Shown: one piece after another, positions 19,591 through 29,382 of the stretch
Numbering within the stretch: the stretch's first letter is position 1
How the letters are laid out: each line of letters begins with the position of its first letter
Origin: Minisyncoccia bacterium
Lineage (GTDB): Bacteria; Patescibacteriota; Minisyncoccia; Phycocordibacterales; UBA918
Length of the DNA: 64,000 bases
Assembly (NCBI GenBank): GCA_041738755.1
Contig: JBGSPE010000007.1
Coordinates: forward strand, 13,079-77,078
Reading direction: 5' to 3'
Translations under genes and position numbers: made by a program
The notes under the pieces: generated by a model
Databases searched by the model: none
Told to the model about the DNA's origin: nothing
The model's input: only the letters and a program-made list of their open reading frames with translations

Positions 19591-21378
19591 ATGAGTAAAA
19601 ACATCAGAAATTTCAGCATTATTGCTCACATTGACCACGGAAAATCAACCTTGGCTGATCGTATGCTTGAGCTCACCAAAACCGTTGAGCAGCGAAAAAT
19701 GAAGGATCAAGTACTTGATTCGATGGATCTTGAGCGTGAACGGGGTATCACTATCAAAATGCAGCCGGTAAAAATGCGCTATGAGCACGCTGGTGAGGTG
19801 TATGAGTTTAACCTCATTGATACTCCAGGACATATCGACTTCTCATACGAAGTGTCCCGAGCGCTTAAGGCCGTCGAGGGAGTATTGCTCCTTGTCGATA
19901 GCACCCAAGGCGTGCAGGCTCAAACCCTGACTACGCTCCAGATGGCAATCGATCAATCGCTCACTATTATTCCGGTATTGACCAAAACTGATATGCCTCA
20001 CTCCCGTGTAGAAGAGGTGGGCGAGGAAGTGATGCGTCTCTTAAATTGTGAGCGCGAGAGTATCTTGCTGGTATCAGGTAAGACGGGTGAGGGTGTACCA
20101 GAACTCTTAGCTACTATTTGCGATAGAATCCCGGCTCCCGAACAAAAAGTCATTGGCGATTACCGGGGGCTCATTTTTGATTTTCAATACTCAAACCACC
20201 GAGGGATTATTGTTTTTATGAGAGTCTTTGATGGAAAGGTAAAGAAGGGTGATATGGTGAAGTTTGCGGTAAGCGGTCACCAATTCACGGTTCTTGAAGT
20301 AGGGGTGGTTACTCCGCAAGAGACACCACAGGACGAGCTATCGTCCGGACAAATTGGCTATATTGTAACGGGTATCAAAGAGCCAGGAGTTGCAACAGTA
20401 GGGGATACCCTTGTCCCAGCTCGTTCTCAAGCAGTTGCACTGGCTGGCTATCAACAAGCGCGACCTGTTGTATGGTCTTCAATTTTCCCTGAGAATCAAG
20501 ACGAGTTTACTCAGTTGCGACATTCGCTTGATAGACTTCGTCTCTCAGACTCGTCGCTATCGTTTGAAGAAGAGTCTTCTGGAGTTTTGGGCCGAGGATT
20601 TAGGTGTGGGTTTTTGGGAATGCTCCACATGGAAATTATAACCGAACGCCTCCGTCGTGAGTTCAATATCGATATTATCATCACCGCTCCGTCTATTTCC
20701 TATGAAGTGACATGGCCTGACGGTCGGATTGAGTCAGTGTATGCTGCCAACCGTTTCCCCGAACATGGTGAGAAGGTAACGGTCAGAGAACCATGGGTCT
20801 TGGGTCAAATTATTTTACCGGGAGACTATATGGGTAATATCCTTACCTTGCTCTATGAGCATGAGGGAAGTGTGATTGATACTGAGATATTTGGCGATGG
20901 ACGTACGATTTTGACAGTTGAGATTCCTTTACGGGAGCTTATGCGTGGTTTCTTTGATAAATTAAAAAATGCTAGTAGTGGATATGCTTCATTATCATAT
21001 GAAATTGCAGAGCTTCGTCCAGCTACGGTAACAAAGCTCGACGTCCTGATTGCTGAGGAGGAGGTGCCAGCCTTTTCTCGAGTGGTGGGTATGATGCGGG
21101 CTGAGACTGATGCGCGCGCCATTGTCGATAAGTTGTATGCAGCACTCCCACGACAACAGTTTGTGACTAAAATTCAAGCCAAAGTTATGGGCAAAATTAT
21201 CGCTACCAAAAAACTCTCAGCGGTTGGGAAAGATGTAACTGCACACTTGTACGGAGGGGATATTACGAGAAAGATGAAGCTCCGGGAGAAACAAAAGAAA
21301 GGGAAAGCGAAGGCACTCGAGCGTGGTAAGGTTCATATTTCTCAAGATGTCTTTATGAAAATGATGAAGAGTGATTAA
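19591..21378 (+). CDS. lepA: Elongation factor 4
   Basis: IRNFSIIAHIDHGKSTLADR, GFRCGFLGMLH, YGGDITRKMKL. Confidence 0.97.
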   Translation: MSKNIRNFSIIAHIDHGKSTLADRMLELTKTVEQRKMKDQVLDSMDLERERGITIKMQPVKMRYEHAGEVYEFNLIDTPGHIDFSYEVSRALKAVEGVLLLVDSTQGVQAQTLTTLQMAIDQSLTIIPVLTKTDMPHSRVEEVGEEVMRLLNCERESILLVSGKTGEGVPELLATICDRIPAPEQKVIGDYRGLIFDFQYSNHRGIIVFMRVFDGKVKKGDMVKFAVSGHQFTVLEVGVVTPQETPQDELSSGQIGYIVTGIKEPGVATVGDTLVPARSQAVALAGYQQARPVVWSSIFPENQDEFTQLRHSLDRLRLSDSSLSFEEESSGVLGRGFRCGFLGMLHMEIITERLRREFNIDIIITAPSISYEVTWPDGRIESVYAANRFPEHGEKVTVREPWVLGQIILPGDYMGNILTLLYEHEGSVIDTEIFGDGRTILTVEIPLRELMRGFFDKLKNASSGYASLSYEIAELRPATVTKLDVLIAEEEVPAFSRVVGMMRAETDARAIVDKLYAALPRQQFVTKIQAKVMGKIIATKKLSAVGKDVTAHLYGGDITRKMKLREKQKKGKAKALERGKVHISQDVFMKMMKSD

Positions 21379-21441
21379 GTACCAAAATAATGTAAAAGGC
21401 GGTTCGCATGCGAACCGTCTTTTACATAGTAACCATACTCT

Positions 21442-21564
21442 TTATAGGGGCACTCCAGAGCCTCCAGAATAGGCAAATACCATACTGATAACAATTAAGA
21501 TAGCCAAGACTGCCCAGACCCATTTAATAGCTTTTTTGGTTCGTTGATCAAATAAGAAACTCAT
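21442..21564 (-). CDS. 40-aa single-TM microprotein (not in ORF track)
   Basis: MSFLFDQRTKKAIKWVWAVLAILIVISMVFAYSGGSGVPL*, TAGAAT 7 nt upstream, shared terminator at ~21391-21425. Confidence 0.65.
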   Translation of the reverse strand: MSFLFDQRTKKAIKWVWAVLAILIVISMVFAYSGGSGVPL

Positions 21565-21618
21565 GACTGCTATTCTACCGTATAGGGAAGAATAGTAAAA
21601 TAGGGGTATAATTACAGC

Positions 21619-21990
21619 GTGTTAGATTTTCATCAAAAACGAAAACTCCGAGTTCTCGCCAGTTCACGTCTGGTGCAGCTATTATTCCTGGTGATAGTGA
21701 TTGGGGTGCTTTTTAGCGCCTTTACTCGTTACCAAATGGCCGCAGAGATGGCAGAACGTCGTGAGCTAGAGGAAGCGACGGTGGAAACGCTTCAAAAGCG
21801 AAAAGATGATTTAGAGAAACAGGTGCAGTATTTGTCAGATGAGCGGGGAATTGAAGCTGAAATGCGCCGGCAATTTGATGTGGCGCTTGAAGGTGAGCAA
21901 GTGGTAGTGATTGTTGATCCACCTGAACCAGAGTCTTCGGAACAAATTGTGCCAGAGGAAGAACCAGCTTGGTATGAGTTCTGGCGTTAG
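21619..21990 (+). CDS. Septum formation initiator (FtsB/DivIC family)
   Basis: TM followed by coiled coil and IEAEMRRQF...EGEQVVVIV. Confidence 0.8.
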   Translation: MLDFHQKRKLRVLASSRLVQLLFLVIVIGVLFSAFTRYQMAAEMAERRELEEATVETLQKRKDDLEKQVQYLSDERGIEAEMRRQFDVALEGEQVVVIVDPPEPESSEQIVPEEEPAWYEFWR

Positions 21991-22033
21991 TCAAAAAGTG
22001 TTATACTATCTTGGTTAATATTAAAGTCAACGT

Positions 22034-22270
22034 ATGGATACAGTAGTTACAATTTATAGTACCCCAGTGTGTCATTTTTGCCATGCTGCAAAGGAATTTT
22101 TTAAGGAAAATAATGTTGCGTACACAGAGTATGATGTTGCGTCTGATGCAGCAAAACGAACTGAGATGATTGATATGACAGGGCAAATGGGCGTACCTGT
22201 AATTCAAATCGGTGATGATGTGATTATTGGTTTTGATGAGCCAAAGATTAAAGAACTTCTCAAGCTGTAA
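22034..22270 (+). CDS. Glutaredoxin-like protein (NrdH/YruB type)
   Basis: CHFC motif, GQMGVPVI, GFD. Confidence 0.9.
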   Translation: MDTVVTIYSTPVCHFCHAAKEFFKENNVAYTEYDVASDAAKRTEMIDMTGQMGVPVIQIGDDVIIGFDEPKIKELLKL

Positions 22271-22316
22271 GGTAAAACCAGACAAACAAAAACGCCCTTC
22301 GGGGCGCTTTTGTTAT

Positions 22317-22454
22317 TGTGCCCTTGGCAGGAATCCCCTCCGGGCCTGGATAATTGTCATAAATATCAAATCACCCTTCGATTCCTGACAGAAGTAAAAC
22401 TATTTACTTCTGCCAGAGGCACATTTAAAAATCTTTTAAATGTGCCTCTGGCAG
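22317..22454. mobile_element. Miniature tRNA-Arg 3'-end element with direct and inverted target copies
   Basis: Direct copy 22317-22335 (17/19); inverted copy 22377-22430 with a 21-bp perfect IR to 22434-22454. Confidence 0.6.
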
Positions 22455-22514
22455 GAATCGAACCCACATCTCCCCCTTAGGACGGGGTAGCTCTATCCAT
22501 TGAGCTACAAAGGC
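22443..22514 (-). tRNA. tRNA-Arg(CCT)
   Basis: GCCTTTG/CAGAGGC acceptor, anticodon loop GT-CCT-AA, GGTTCGATTCC T-arm. Confidence 0.88.
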
Positions 22515-22579
22515 TTCTGTGGCCTCTAGGGTAGCATAAATCAAGCAAAGGTGGCAGATGGTTTGGTATACTACCCAAT

Positions 22580-22825
22580 ATGGATTCAAATCACCAAGAC
22601 CACGACACAATCGAAAAGTTGATGGTAGAGAACCAAAGGCTTCTGGCTGAGAATAATCTTATTCTTAAAAAACTCCAACGGGGCGCAACGTGGGGCTTCT
22701 GGTTTCGTATTGTATGGATAGCTGTACTCCTTGGGCTTCCATTTGTCACCTACTTCTACTTCGTGGCTCCGTACACTGATAATCTCGAATCAATTATCCG
22801 CTATTTGGCACCACTCGTTATCTAG
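22580..22825 (+). CDS. Small coiled-coil plus TM hypothetical protein
   Basis: 81 aa, TATACT 7 nt upstream, ENNLILKKL followed by TM. Confidence 0.7.
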   Translation: MDSNHQDHDTIEKLMVENQRLLAENNLILKKLQRGATWGFWFRIVWIAVLLGLPFVTYFYFVAPYTDNLESIIRYLAPLVI

Positions 22826-22893
22826 TTCCCCATGATTGAAATAATTGTGAAAACAGGTACAATAGCCGGCACTGATTCACATATTCAGTCCTT

Positions 22894-22966
22894 GCTTGGG
22901 TAGCTCAGTTGGTAGAGCACTCCCCTGAAGAGGGAGGGGTCAGCAGTTCGAGCCTGCTCCCAAGCA
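22894..22966 (+). tRNA. tRNA-Phe(GAA)
   Basis: GCTTGGG/CCCAAGC acceptor, CTCCC-CT-GAA-GA-GGGAG anticodon arm. Confidence 0.93.
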
Positions 22967-23006
22967 CAAAACAAAAAATTGCCACAATTCTGTGGCAATT
23001 TTTTGT

Positions 23007-23522
23007 TTACTTATGACCTGCGTTACTTCTGACCTTAAGTTGTGTTGTGCGGTGTTTGTCGAGCTTGGGAAGTTTGATTTCAAGCATGCCGTGTTTTTCT
23101 TGTGCCTCGGCTTCGTCAATCGCAACTTCTTCTGGTAAGACGAGTGTTCTTGAGAAACCACCCCAGAATAATTCTCGATGGAAGTATCCATCGTCATGGA
23201 CTTCTTGAAATTCTTCTCGCACACCACGGATGGTGACCATGTCGCGGGTGATAGAGATTTCAAGGTCAGTTGGACTTACCCCAGCGACAAGGGCTCGAAT
23301 CACAATACTCTCATCAGTTTGGTACATATCGACAGGTAGTTCACCGTCTTGCGTACTGCCCGTTGATTCTTGGTCATCCCAAGCATCATCTTCTTGATAA
23401 CTGTCTTCAACAGCAAGGTTATCTTCTTCACCAAATTCATGATTTTCATCAAGGATTCGGTCGTAGTCGCGATCTTGTTGATTGCCACCAGTGAGTCGGT
23501 CTAGAAATGAGGGTTTTTTCAT
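23007..23522 (-). CDS. Hsp20/alpha-crystallin small heat shock protein
   Basis: LPVDMYQT, ELFWGGFSRTLVLP, HGMLEIKLPK. Confidence 0.9.
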   Translation of the reverse strand: MKKPSFLDRLTGGNQQDRDYDRILDENHEFGEEDNLAVEDSYQEDDAWDDQESTGSTQDGELPVDMYQTDESIVIRALVAGVSPTDLEISITRDMVTIRGVREEFQEVHDDGYFHRELFWGGFSRTLVLPEEVAIDEAEAQEKHGMLEIKLPKLDKHRTTQLKVRSNAGHK

Positions 23523-23528
23523 AATTGT

Positions 23529-24227
23529 TTAACAGGTGTTGGGATTATGGGCACATTCAAGTTGTTTAATTTTTTCGAAGAGAAGAAATAAAATTATAAC
23601 TCCCATCCATACAAAGAGAAAGACGCCTAGAATGGTTTCTCCGCTTGCATCCATTATAAAAAAGTTAAATAGGGCATGCAACACAACAGCCATGAACAAC
23701 CCAATTGTACCAGCAATAACCTGGGTAATTTTTGAGCGGTAATAGGTTAGAGCAAGGAAGACACCGATGGTACCTGAAGCTAGTACATGGAGAAGGGTAG
23801 CGCCCAAGAAGCGGAAACTACCGGTGAGAGCGGAGTTGAGATAGTCACCTGCCACAAGAGGATTAAAGATAAATAATGAGTTTTCGAGAGCCGCAAACCC
23901 GAGCGCAATCATAATCATGTAGATCACCATATCAATCGGCTCATCGACTTCTTTGTTCCACATCACAATTGCCAGAGCGGCAGCGTACTTGAGTAATTCT
24001 TCAATAATTACCCACACCAGGATGACATTAGCTCCGACATATAAATCAATGGCCAGTTTTTGCAACGGTAGGGCCATCGGCACAACTGCCATCCCAGCGA
24101 TAAAGCTGATGGCCAAAAGAATGTATGGTTCTGGTTGGCGATTATCTTCTCGTAGCCAAAACCATACCCAAAATAACGCCGGTATGAGTCCCGCTAAAAA
24201 AGCAATCGCAAAATATGTCGATTCCAT
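23529..24227 (-). CDS. PrsW-family intramembrane metalloprotease
   Basis: IEELLKY, GFAALEN, LLH, HALFN motifs. Confidence 0.88.
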   Translation of the reverse strand: MESTYFAIAFLAGLIPALFWVWFWLREDNRQPEPYILLAISFIAGMAVVPMALPLQKLAIDLYVGANVILVWVIIEELLKYAAALAIVMWNKEVDEPIDMVIYMIMIALGFAALENSLFIFNPLVAGDYLNSALTGSFRFLGATLLHVLASGTIGVFLALTYYRSKITQVIAGTIGLFMAVVLHALFNFFIMDASGETILGVFLFVWMGVIILFLLFEKIKQLECAHNPNTC

Positions 24228-24289
24228 TTATCACTATTGTAGCAAAAGCCGGCCGGAGCTTTGCTCCGGCCGGCTTTATAAAGGGGATA

Positions 24290-26503
24290 CTATGACGAAG
24301 GCCACTTTGCTACTAGTAACATCTCAGAATCTTTCATTTCCTTTGGTAGTTCTTGCCAGATGGCTTCCGTCACGTACGGCATAAATGGATGGAGCAGTTT
24401 GAGGGAAGTAGTGAGACATTCAATCAATACCTTCTGGCGCGCTTGCTTTGCTGCCATATCTTCTCCAGCCAGAATTGGCTTTGATTCTTCAAGTACCACG
24501 TCTGCTAATTCGCCCCAAATATAGTGATACGCTTTTTCACCGGCTAGATAGAGATTAAATTTTTCAATTTCGGCTGATACCTCCGCCACTGTAGTCTTGA
24601 GTGTCGCTAAGATTTCTTCATCTCGACTACTCAAAGTAACAGGTAATGTAGTGTCTGTATCAATTGTGTGAGTGAGTACGAAACGACTTATGTTCCAAAC
24701 TTTATTCGCAAAATTCTTATACCCCTTCACCTTACTCTCAGATAACGGCATATCATTACCGGGAGCAGCACCGATAACTAAAGACAGACGAGTCGCATCA
24801 GCTCCAAACTTTTCAATCATCGTGAGTGGATCAATTACGTTTCCAAGTGATTTACTCATCTTCTTGCCTTTCTCGTCACGTACGAGACCGTGAAGATAGA
24901 CGTTTTTAAAGGGAACCTGACCGACCAGGTACGTACTCATAAGTATCATGCGGGCCACCCAGAAAAAAAGAATGTCATAACCAGTTTCAAGAACAGTGGT
25001 GGGGTGATAGGTCTTAAGATCTTTTGTTTGCTCTGGCCAACCCAGAGTTGACATGGTCCATAGGCCTGAAGAAAACCAGGTGTCGAGGGTGTCAGGATCT
25101 TGTTTCCAACCCTCGCCAGGGGAGGTAGTCTGTACTTTCACTTCACCATCCTTAAACCAAGCAGGAATTTGGTGTCCGTACCAGATTTGTCTTGAAATAC
25201 ACCAATCATGCAGATTATTTATCCAGTTATAGTACACGCGCTCAAAGCGCTCAGGTAAAATAGATACGCCGTTATTTTCAACTGACTTAATCATCAAAGT
25301 CTTCAGTGTCACCGTATCACCTTGGTTCACTCCAGGAATCTCAGATGGTCCCATTGTAAACTCTTTATTTACATCGATAAACCACTGCTCTTTGATTTGT
25401 GGTTCAATTGTGCCACCGCCACGCGAGTTCGTGGCTACCTTGTTTACGTTTGTTTCATCGATTTTTTCAATCAAACCCTTCTCTTGCATTTTCAGTATAA
25501 TTTCTGCCCGGGCTTTCTTGATGTGTTGTCCGGCAAATTCTCCAGCAATTGGAAGTAAAATACCTCGCTCATCAATGATTTGTTCACGCTCAAGTCCATG
25601 ACGCTCAGCAATTTCAAAGTCAACCTGTGAGTGCCAAGGGGTAATGGTCATGACGCCAGTACCCATCTCCGGGTCAGCCGCTTCGTCTTTGATGACGGTC
25701 GCAGTAATAGGTCCATTTATCCATTCCACTTCAATTTGTTGTCCGTGTTCGTATTGGGCGTAGCGCTTGTCTTCTGGGTGCATCACGACGTACTTGTCAC
25801 CAAATTTTGTCTCTGGTCGAACTGTACCAATCGTAAAAGGTCCGTACTTGAAGTAATAGAAGGGGGAGTTGGTTTCGACGTATTCCATCTCATCATCGGA
25901 TACTGTCGTCTGCATCGCTGGGTCCCAATTTACACTGCGCGCTCCACGATAGATAAGTCCGTCTGCATACATTTTAATAAATGCTTCCATTACAGCTTTG
26001 TAGCGTGGTTGGTCTAGTGTAAAAGCATAGCGACTCCAGTCCATTGAGGCACCCATCTTCTTGGTCTGGTTGATGATTGTGTTTTTACTGTCTTCTGCAA
26101 ACGCATCAATTCGCTTAAGTAATTCCTCACGACCGATTTCATCACGACGCTTCTTTTCCTGCTTGTAGATAATTCCTTCCACTTTTGATTGAGTAGCCAG
26201 TGCGGCTGAGTCAGTGCCGGGAATCCAGAGGGTACGTTTACCAAGCATGCGGTTATACCGGACCAAAATATCTTCAATCGCGAGCATGGCGGCGTGCCCC
26301 ATATGGAGGGTACCTGTGACGTTTGGGGGAGGTAGGACGATAGAGAATGGTTCTGCGTCAGGGGTAGCTACTCCTTTCTCAACACAGACGTCAGGATTAA
26401 AAAAGCCACTATTTTCCCACATGGCATACAAATCATCTTCGTGCTGTGCCGGATCATAAGGTTTAAGAAATACCTCGGGGATATTTGGTTGCTTATCATT
26501 CAT
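24290..26503 (-). CDS. valS: Valine--tRNA ligase lacking C-terminal coiled coil
   Basis: PPPNVTGTLHMGH, DWCISRQIWYGH, KMSKS; ends at AKWPSS. Confidence 0.95.
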   Translation of the reverse strand: MNDKQPNIPEVFLKPYDPAQHEDDLYAMWENSGFFNPDVCVEKGVATPDAEPFSIVLPPPNVTGTLHMGHAAMLAIEDILVRYNRMLGKRTLWIPGTDSAALATQSKVEGIIYKQEKKRRDEIGREELLKRIDAFAEDSKNTIINQTKKMGASMDWSRYAFTLDQPRYKAVMEAFIKMYADGLIYRGARSVNWDPAMQTTVSDDEMEYVETNSPFYYFKYGPFTIGTVRPETKFGDKYVVMHPEDKRYAQYEHGQQIEVEWINGPITATVIKDEAADPEMGTGVMTITPWHSQVDFEIAERHGLEREQIIDERGILLPIAGEFAGQHIKKARAEIILKMQEKGLIEKIDETNVNKVATNSRGGGTIEPQIKEQWFIDVNKEFTMGPSEIPGVNQGDTVTLKTLMIKSVENNGVSILPERFERVYYNWINNLHDWCISRQIWYGHQIPAWFKDGEVKVQTTSPGEGWKQDPDTLDTWFSSGLWTMSTLGWPEQTKDLKTYHPTTVLETGYDILFFWVARMILMSTYLVGQVPFKNVYLHGLVRDEKGKKMSKSLGNVIDPLTMIEKFGADATRLSLVIGAAPGNDMPLSESKVKGYKNFANKVWNISRFVLTHTIDTDTTLPVTLSSRDEEILATLKTTVAEVSAEIEKFNLYLAGEKAYHYIWGELADVVLEESKPILAGEDMAAKQARQKVLIECLTTSLKLLHPFMPYVTEAIWQELPKEMKDSEMLLVAKWPSS

Positions 26504-26639
26504 AGATAAATTCGATAGTAGCACGAAAAAAGCCTTATAAAAAGGCATAGTAGAGATTATCATTTGAAAGACAGTAACATCAGATAAAAGAAAAAGCGGG
26601 GGATAGTTCCCCCGCTTTGTAAACACCTCATGGACTTAT

Positions 26640-27086
26640 TTAAGCCGCAATTCTCAACATGTTAAGTATCTGAAGTTCCTCTGCCTCTCTGGCTAGTTTA
26701 GCCAAGTACAATCTTCTTTCGGCTGACAAGAAATATAGGCCGTGATAGGCCATTTTTTTCTTGAGAGTCATTTCGTCAATCTGAAGCATGTCGCACAGCT
26801 CACTGGTATCCGAGGTGATCTGAAGAGAAGTTCTTATATTCTCCCTTTCTTCATGTTTTGCTTGCCTTGCTGATACTCTTAACTCGTTGACGTAGTCCCG
26901 CAGATCATACTGGTCTAGTTTTTGATACAGGGTTGAACGGCCAATGCCAAGTAGCCTGGCTGCTTTTGACCAGTTCATGGTCAACTCAAGAGCTTTCATG
27001 ATGTGAAGTTTTTCAGCCTCGTCTAAGCGAGTAAAAGAACCGTCGGGGTTGATAAAAGCTATCGAATCAGACAATTTATCAGGCAT
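26640..27086 (-). CDS. Fis/NtrC-type HTH protein with two HTH-like repeats
   Basis: AEKLHIMKALELTMNWSKAARLLGIGRSTLYQKL; GGAGG SD; own terminator near 26590-26620. Confidence 0.75.
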   Translation of the reverse strand: MPDKLSDSIAFINPDGSFTRLDEAEKLHIMKALELTMNWSKAARLLGIGRSTLYQKLDQYDLRDYVNELRVSARQAKHEERENIRTSLQITSDTSELCDMLQIDEMTLKKKMAYHGLYFLSAERRLYLAKLAREAEELQILNMLRIAA

Positions 27087-27131
27087 GTAACCTCCGTTTA
27101 AAGCGACCAGGAGAATAACACAGATTTTTGA

Positions 27132-28304
27132 TTAGGCAAGGCTTTTGTTCCCGTCAGCCCTGATGACATCAGCGCCACGAGGAGCGAGGGCACTCGCTGC
27201 TCTCGCATGGCCAGCAAGGGCAATCATGATACTGTTGTCGGTCGAGAGCTTTGGTTGGGGGAAGTAGACGGTTACATCAGGTGCTTCAGTGAGGAAGGTT
27301 GATTCAAACATTCGCTTCAGGTGTTGATTGGCACTGACACCCCCGCCAACGATGAGTGTCTGCGCATTGTGGGTAGTTACAGCAGCGAGAGATTTTTTAA
27401 GGAGTACTTTTGTGACTGCATCTTCAAAGTCGCGAGCAATAGCTTTAATGTCGGTTTCAGACAGTTCTAATCCTTGTGTTGCGTATCGTACTGCCGTCTT
27501 TAGACCAGAAAAAGAAAAGTCCAAGTCACCAGAATTCAACATAGGAGTCGGAAAGTCAGCAAACTTTGGAAGCTTTTCTTTGCGAGCGGTTTCAGCAAGC
27601 TTGGCTATTTCTGGTCCGCCAGGATAGGGGAGGCCAAGCATGCGGGCGACTTTGTCATACGCCTCACCAACGGCATCGTCTCTTGTTTGTCCAACCTTTT
27701 CATACTGAGCCCAATCCTTCATCAGGATAAGTTCGGTGTGTCCACCAGAGATGAGTAATGAAATAGCTGGAAACGGAATATCAGCTAGCTGATCATCCCG
27801 CTCTGCGTCAAAGATACTGGCGAGGACATGTCCTTCCATATGATTAACCGGCACAATTGGCACGTCCCACAAGAGGGCGAGTGCTCGGGCAAAATTCACT
27901 CCTACCCACAATGCTGGTTCGAGTCCTGGACCATTGGTGACCGCAATCAAATCAAAGGCATAGGCACCACGTTCTTCATGGAATTTTAATAACGCTTCAG
28001 CCAGTGATGGTTCTCTAATAAGTAGTGTCCGTATTTCGTCTTTAGCGTGAGGACTAAGTTCTGGGCTATCGGTGGCCTCAATACCAGATTCGGCGAGGGC
28101 TTTCTCAAGCATAGGAATGACGGTGATGACGTGCTCGCGCTTGGCTAACATCGGGAACACACCACCATATTCTCGGTGGATATCAATTTGTGACCAGAGC
28201 GCATTACCAAGAATTTGGTAGGTCGCGTGGGGGAATTCGCCTGAAACTTTGACAATACTCAGAGCCGTCTCGTCACAGGAGGTTTCAATGCTTAATAACA
28301 ACAT
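27132..28304 (-). CDS. tsaD: tRNA N6-adenosine threonylcarbamoyltransferase
   Basis: IETSCDET, GPGL, NHMEGH, SGGHT, DDAVGEAYDK, FSFSGLKT, TDN. Confidence 0.96.
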   Translation of the reverse strand: MLLLSIETSCDETALSIVKVSGEFPHATYQILGNALWSQIDIHREYGGVFPMLAKREHVITVIPMLEKALAESGIEATDSPELSPHAKDEIRTLLIREPSLAEALLKFHEERGAYAFDLIAVTNGPGLEPALWVGVNFARALALLWDVPIVPVNHMEGHVLASIFDAERDDQLADIPFPAISLLISGGHTELILMKDWAQYEKVGQTRDDAVGEAYDKVARMLGLPYPGGPEIAKLAETARKEKLPKFADFPTPMLNSGDLDFSFSGLKTAVRYATQGLELSETDIKAIARDFEDAVTKVLLKKSLAAVTTHNAQTLIVGGGVSANQHLKRMFESTFLTEAPDVTVYFPQPKLSTDNSIMIALAGHARAASALAPRGADVIRADGNKSLA

Positions 28305-28359
28305 GTGAGCACTATAGCGGAGATATTGTCCTTACGCAAAAGTGTGGTACCGTAATTCG

Positions 28360-29232
28360 ATGAAAAAAATTGTCACTCATGATGGACGCTTTCATGCAGA
28401 TGAAATCTTTGGGGTCGCAGTACTCCAATTAGCACTGGCGTCGGAGGAGTTAGAAATAGTACGAACCAGAGAACAGTCTGAAATTGAACGAGCGGATATC
28501 GTCCTTGATGTTGGGGGAGTGTATGAACCAGTTCGGCAACGGTTTGATCATCATCAAAATGGAGCACCGGTTCGGGAGAATGGTATCCCATATGCGGCAT
28601 TTGGCCTCGTATGGAAAGCGTATGGTGAGCAGGTCGCAGGCTCAAAAGAAATTGCCGAGAAAATTGATACACGCCTCGCCCAAGTAATCGATGCTGGTGA
28701 TAATGGGATGGCTTTGTATACGGTAAATGAGTACAGTATTCCGCCACTGGAATTATTTTCTTTTTTAGAGTCATTTATGCCACCGCTTGGCTCAGACGCT
28801 AGTCAAGATGAGGCTTTTTTCAAAGCGGTAGAGGTTGCTCGGAATTATCTCGTGCGAGTCATTGAAAATTACAAAACCAAGGAAATTTTGAAAGCTGAGG
28901 CGACTCGAGTATATGATGAAGCTGAAGATAAACAGGTTTTGGTATTTGATAGTCCGATGAAGCGAGGAATCTTTAGTGATTTTGAAGGAGTACTGGCCAT
29001 AGTGACACCAGTAGGTAATGAAGGAGACAAATGGTCGGCTCAAGTAGTACCTTCGGATGATGAATCATTTGCTGCTAGGTCACTTTTTCCGGCTGAATGG
29101 GCGGGACTAAAAGATGAAGAGTTGGAGACTGTCTCTGGTATTAGTGGAGCCCTATTTTGCCACAAAGGACGATTTATGTTCATGTGTAAGACAAAGGAGG
29201 GAGCAATCGCAGCAGCGAAGCAGGCAAAATAG
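28360..29232 (+). CDS. MYG1-family exonuclease
   Basis: THDGRFHADE, DVGG...FDHHQ, FCHKGRF. Confidence 0.9.
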   Translation: MKKIVTHDGRFHADEIFGVAVLQLALASEELEIVRTREQSEIERADIVLDVGGVYEPVRQRFDHHQNGAPVRENGIPYAAFGLVWKAYGEQVAGSKEIAEKIDTRLAQVIDAGDNGMALYTVNEYSIPPLELFSFLESFMPPLGSDASQDEAFFKAVEVARNYLVRVIENYKTKEILKAEATRVYDEAEDKQVLVFDSPMKRGIFSDFEGVLAIVTPVGNEGDKWSAQVVPSDDESFAARSLFPAEWAGLKDEELETVSGISGALFCHKGRFMFMCKTKEGAIAAAKQAK

Positions 29233-29309
29233 CAGAAGAAAACAAAGGGCCCTGGATTCTAAAAGAATCCAGGGCCCTTTGTTCGATTTCACAATGAATC
29301 AAATGTGTG

Positions 29310-29382
29310 TGACCGATACAGGACTTGAACCTGTGACCTCTACAATGTCAATGTAGCGCTCTACCAGCTGAGCTAATCGGTC
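29310..29382 (-). tRNA. tRNA-Val(GAC)
   Basis: GACCGAT/ATCGGTC acceptor, CTACA-TT-GAC-AT-TGTAG anticodon arm. Confidence 0.94.

Noticed and set aside
26504-26626. T-box leader or N-terminal extension of valS
   Set aside because: No T-box AAGGTGGxACC consensus; the extension overlaps a terminator and promoter
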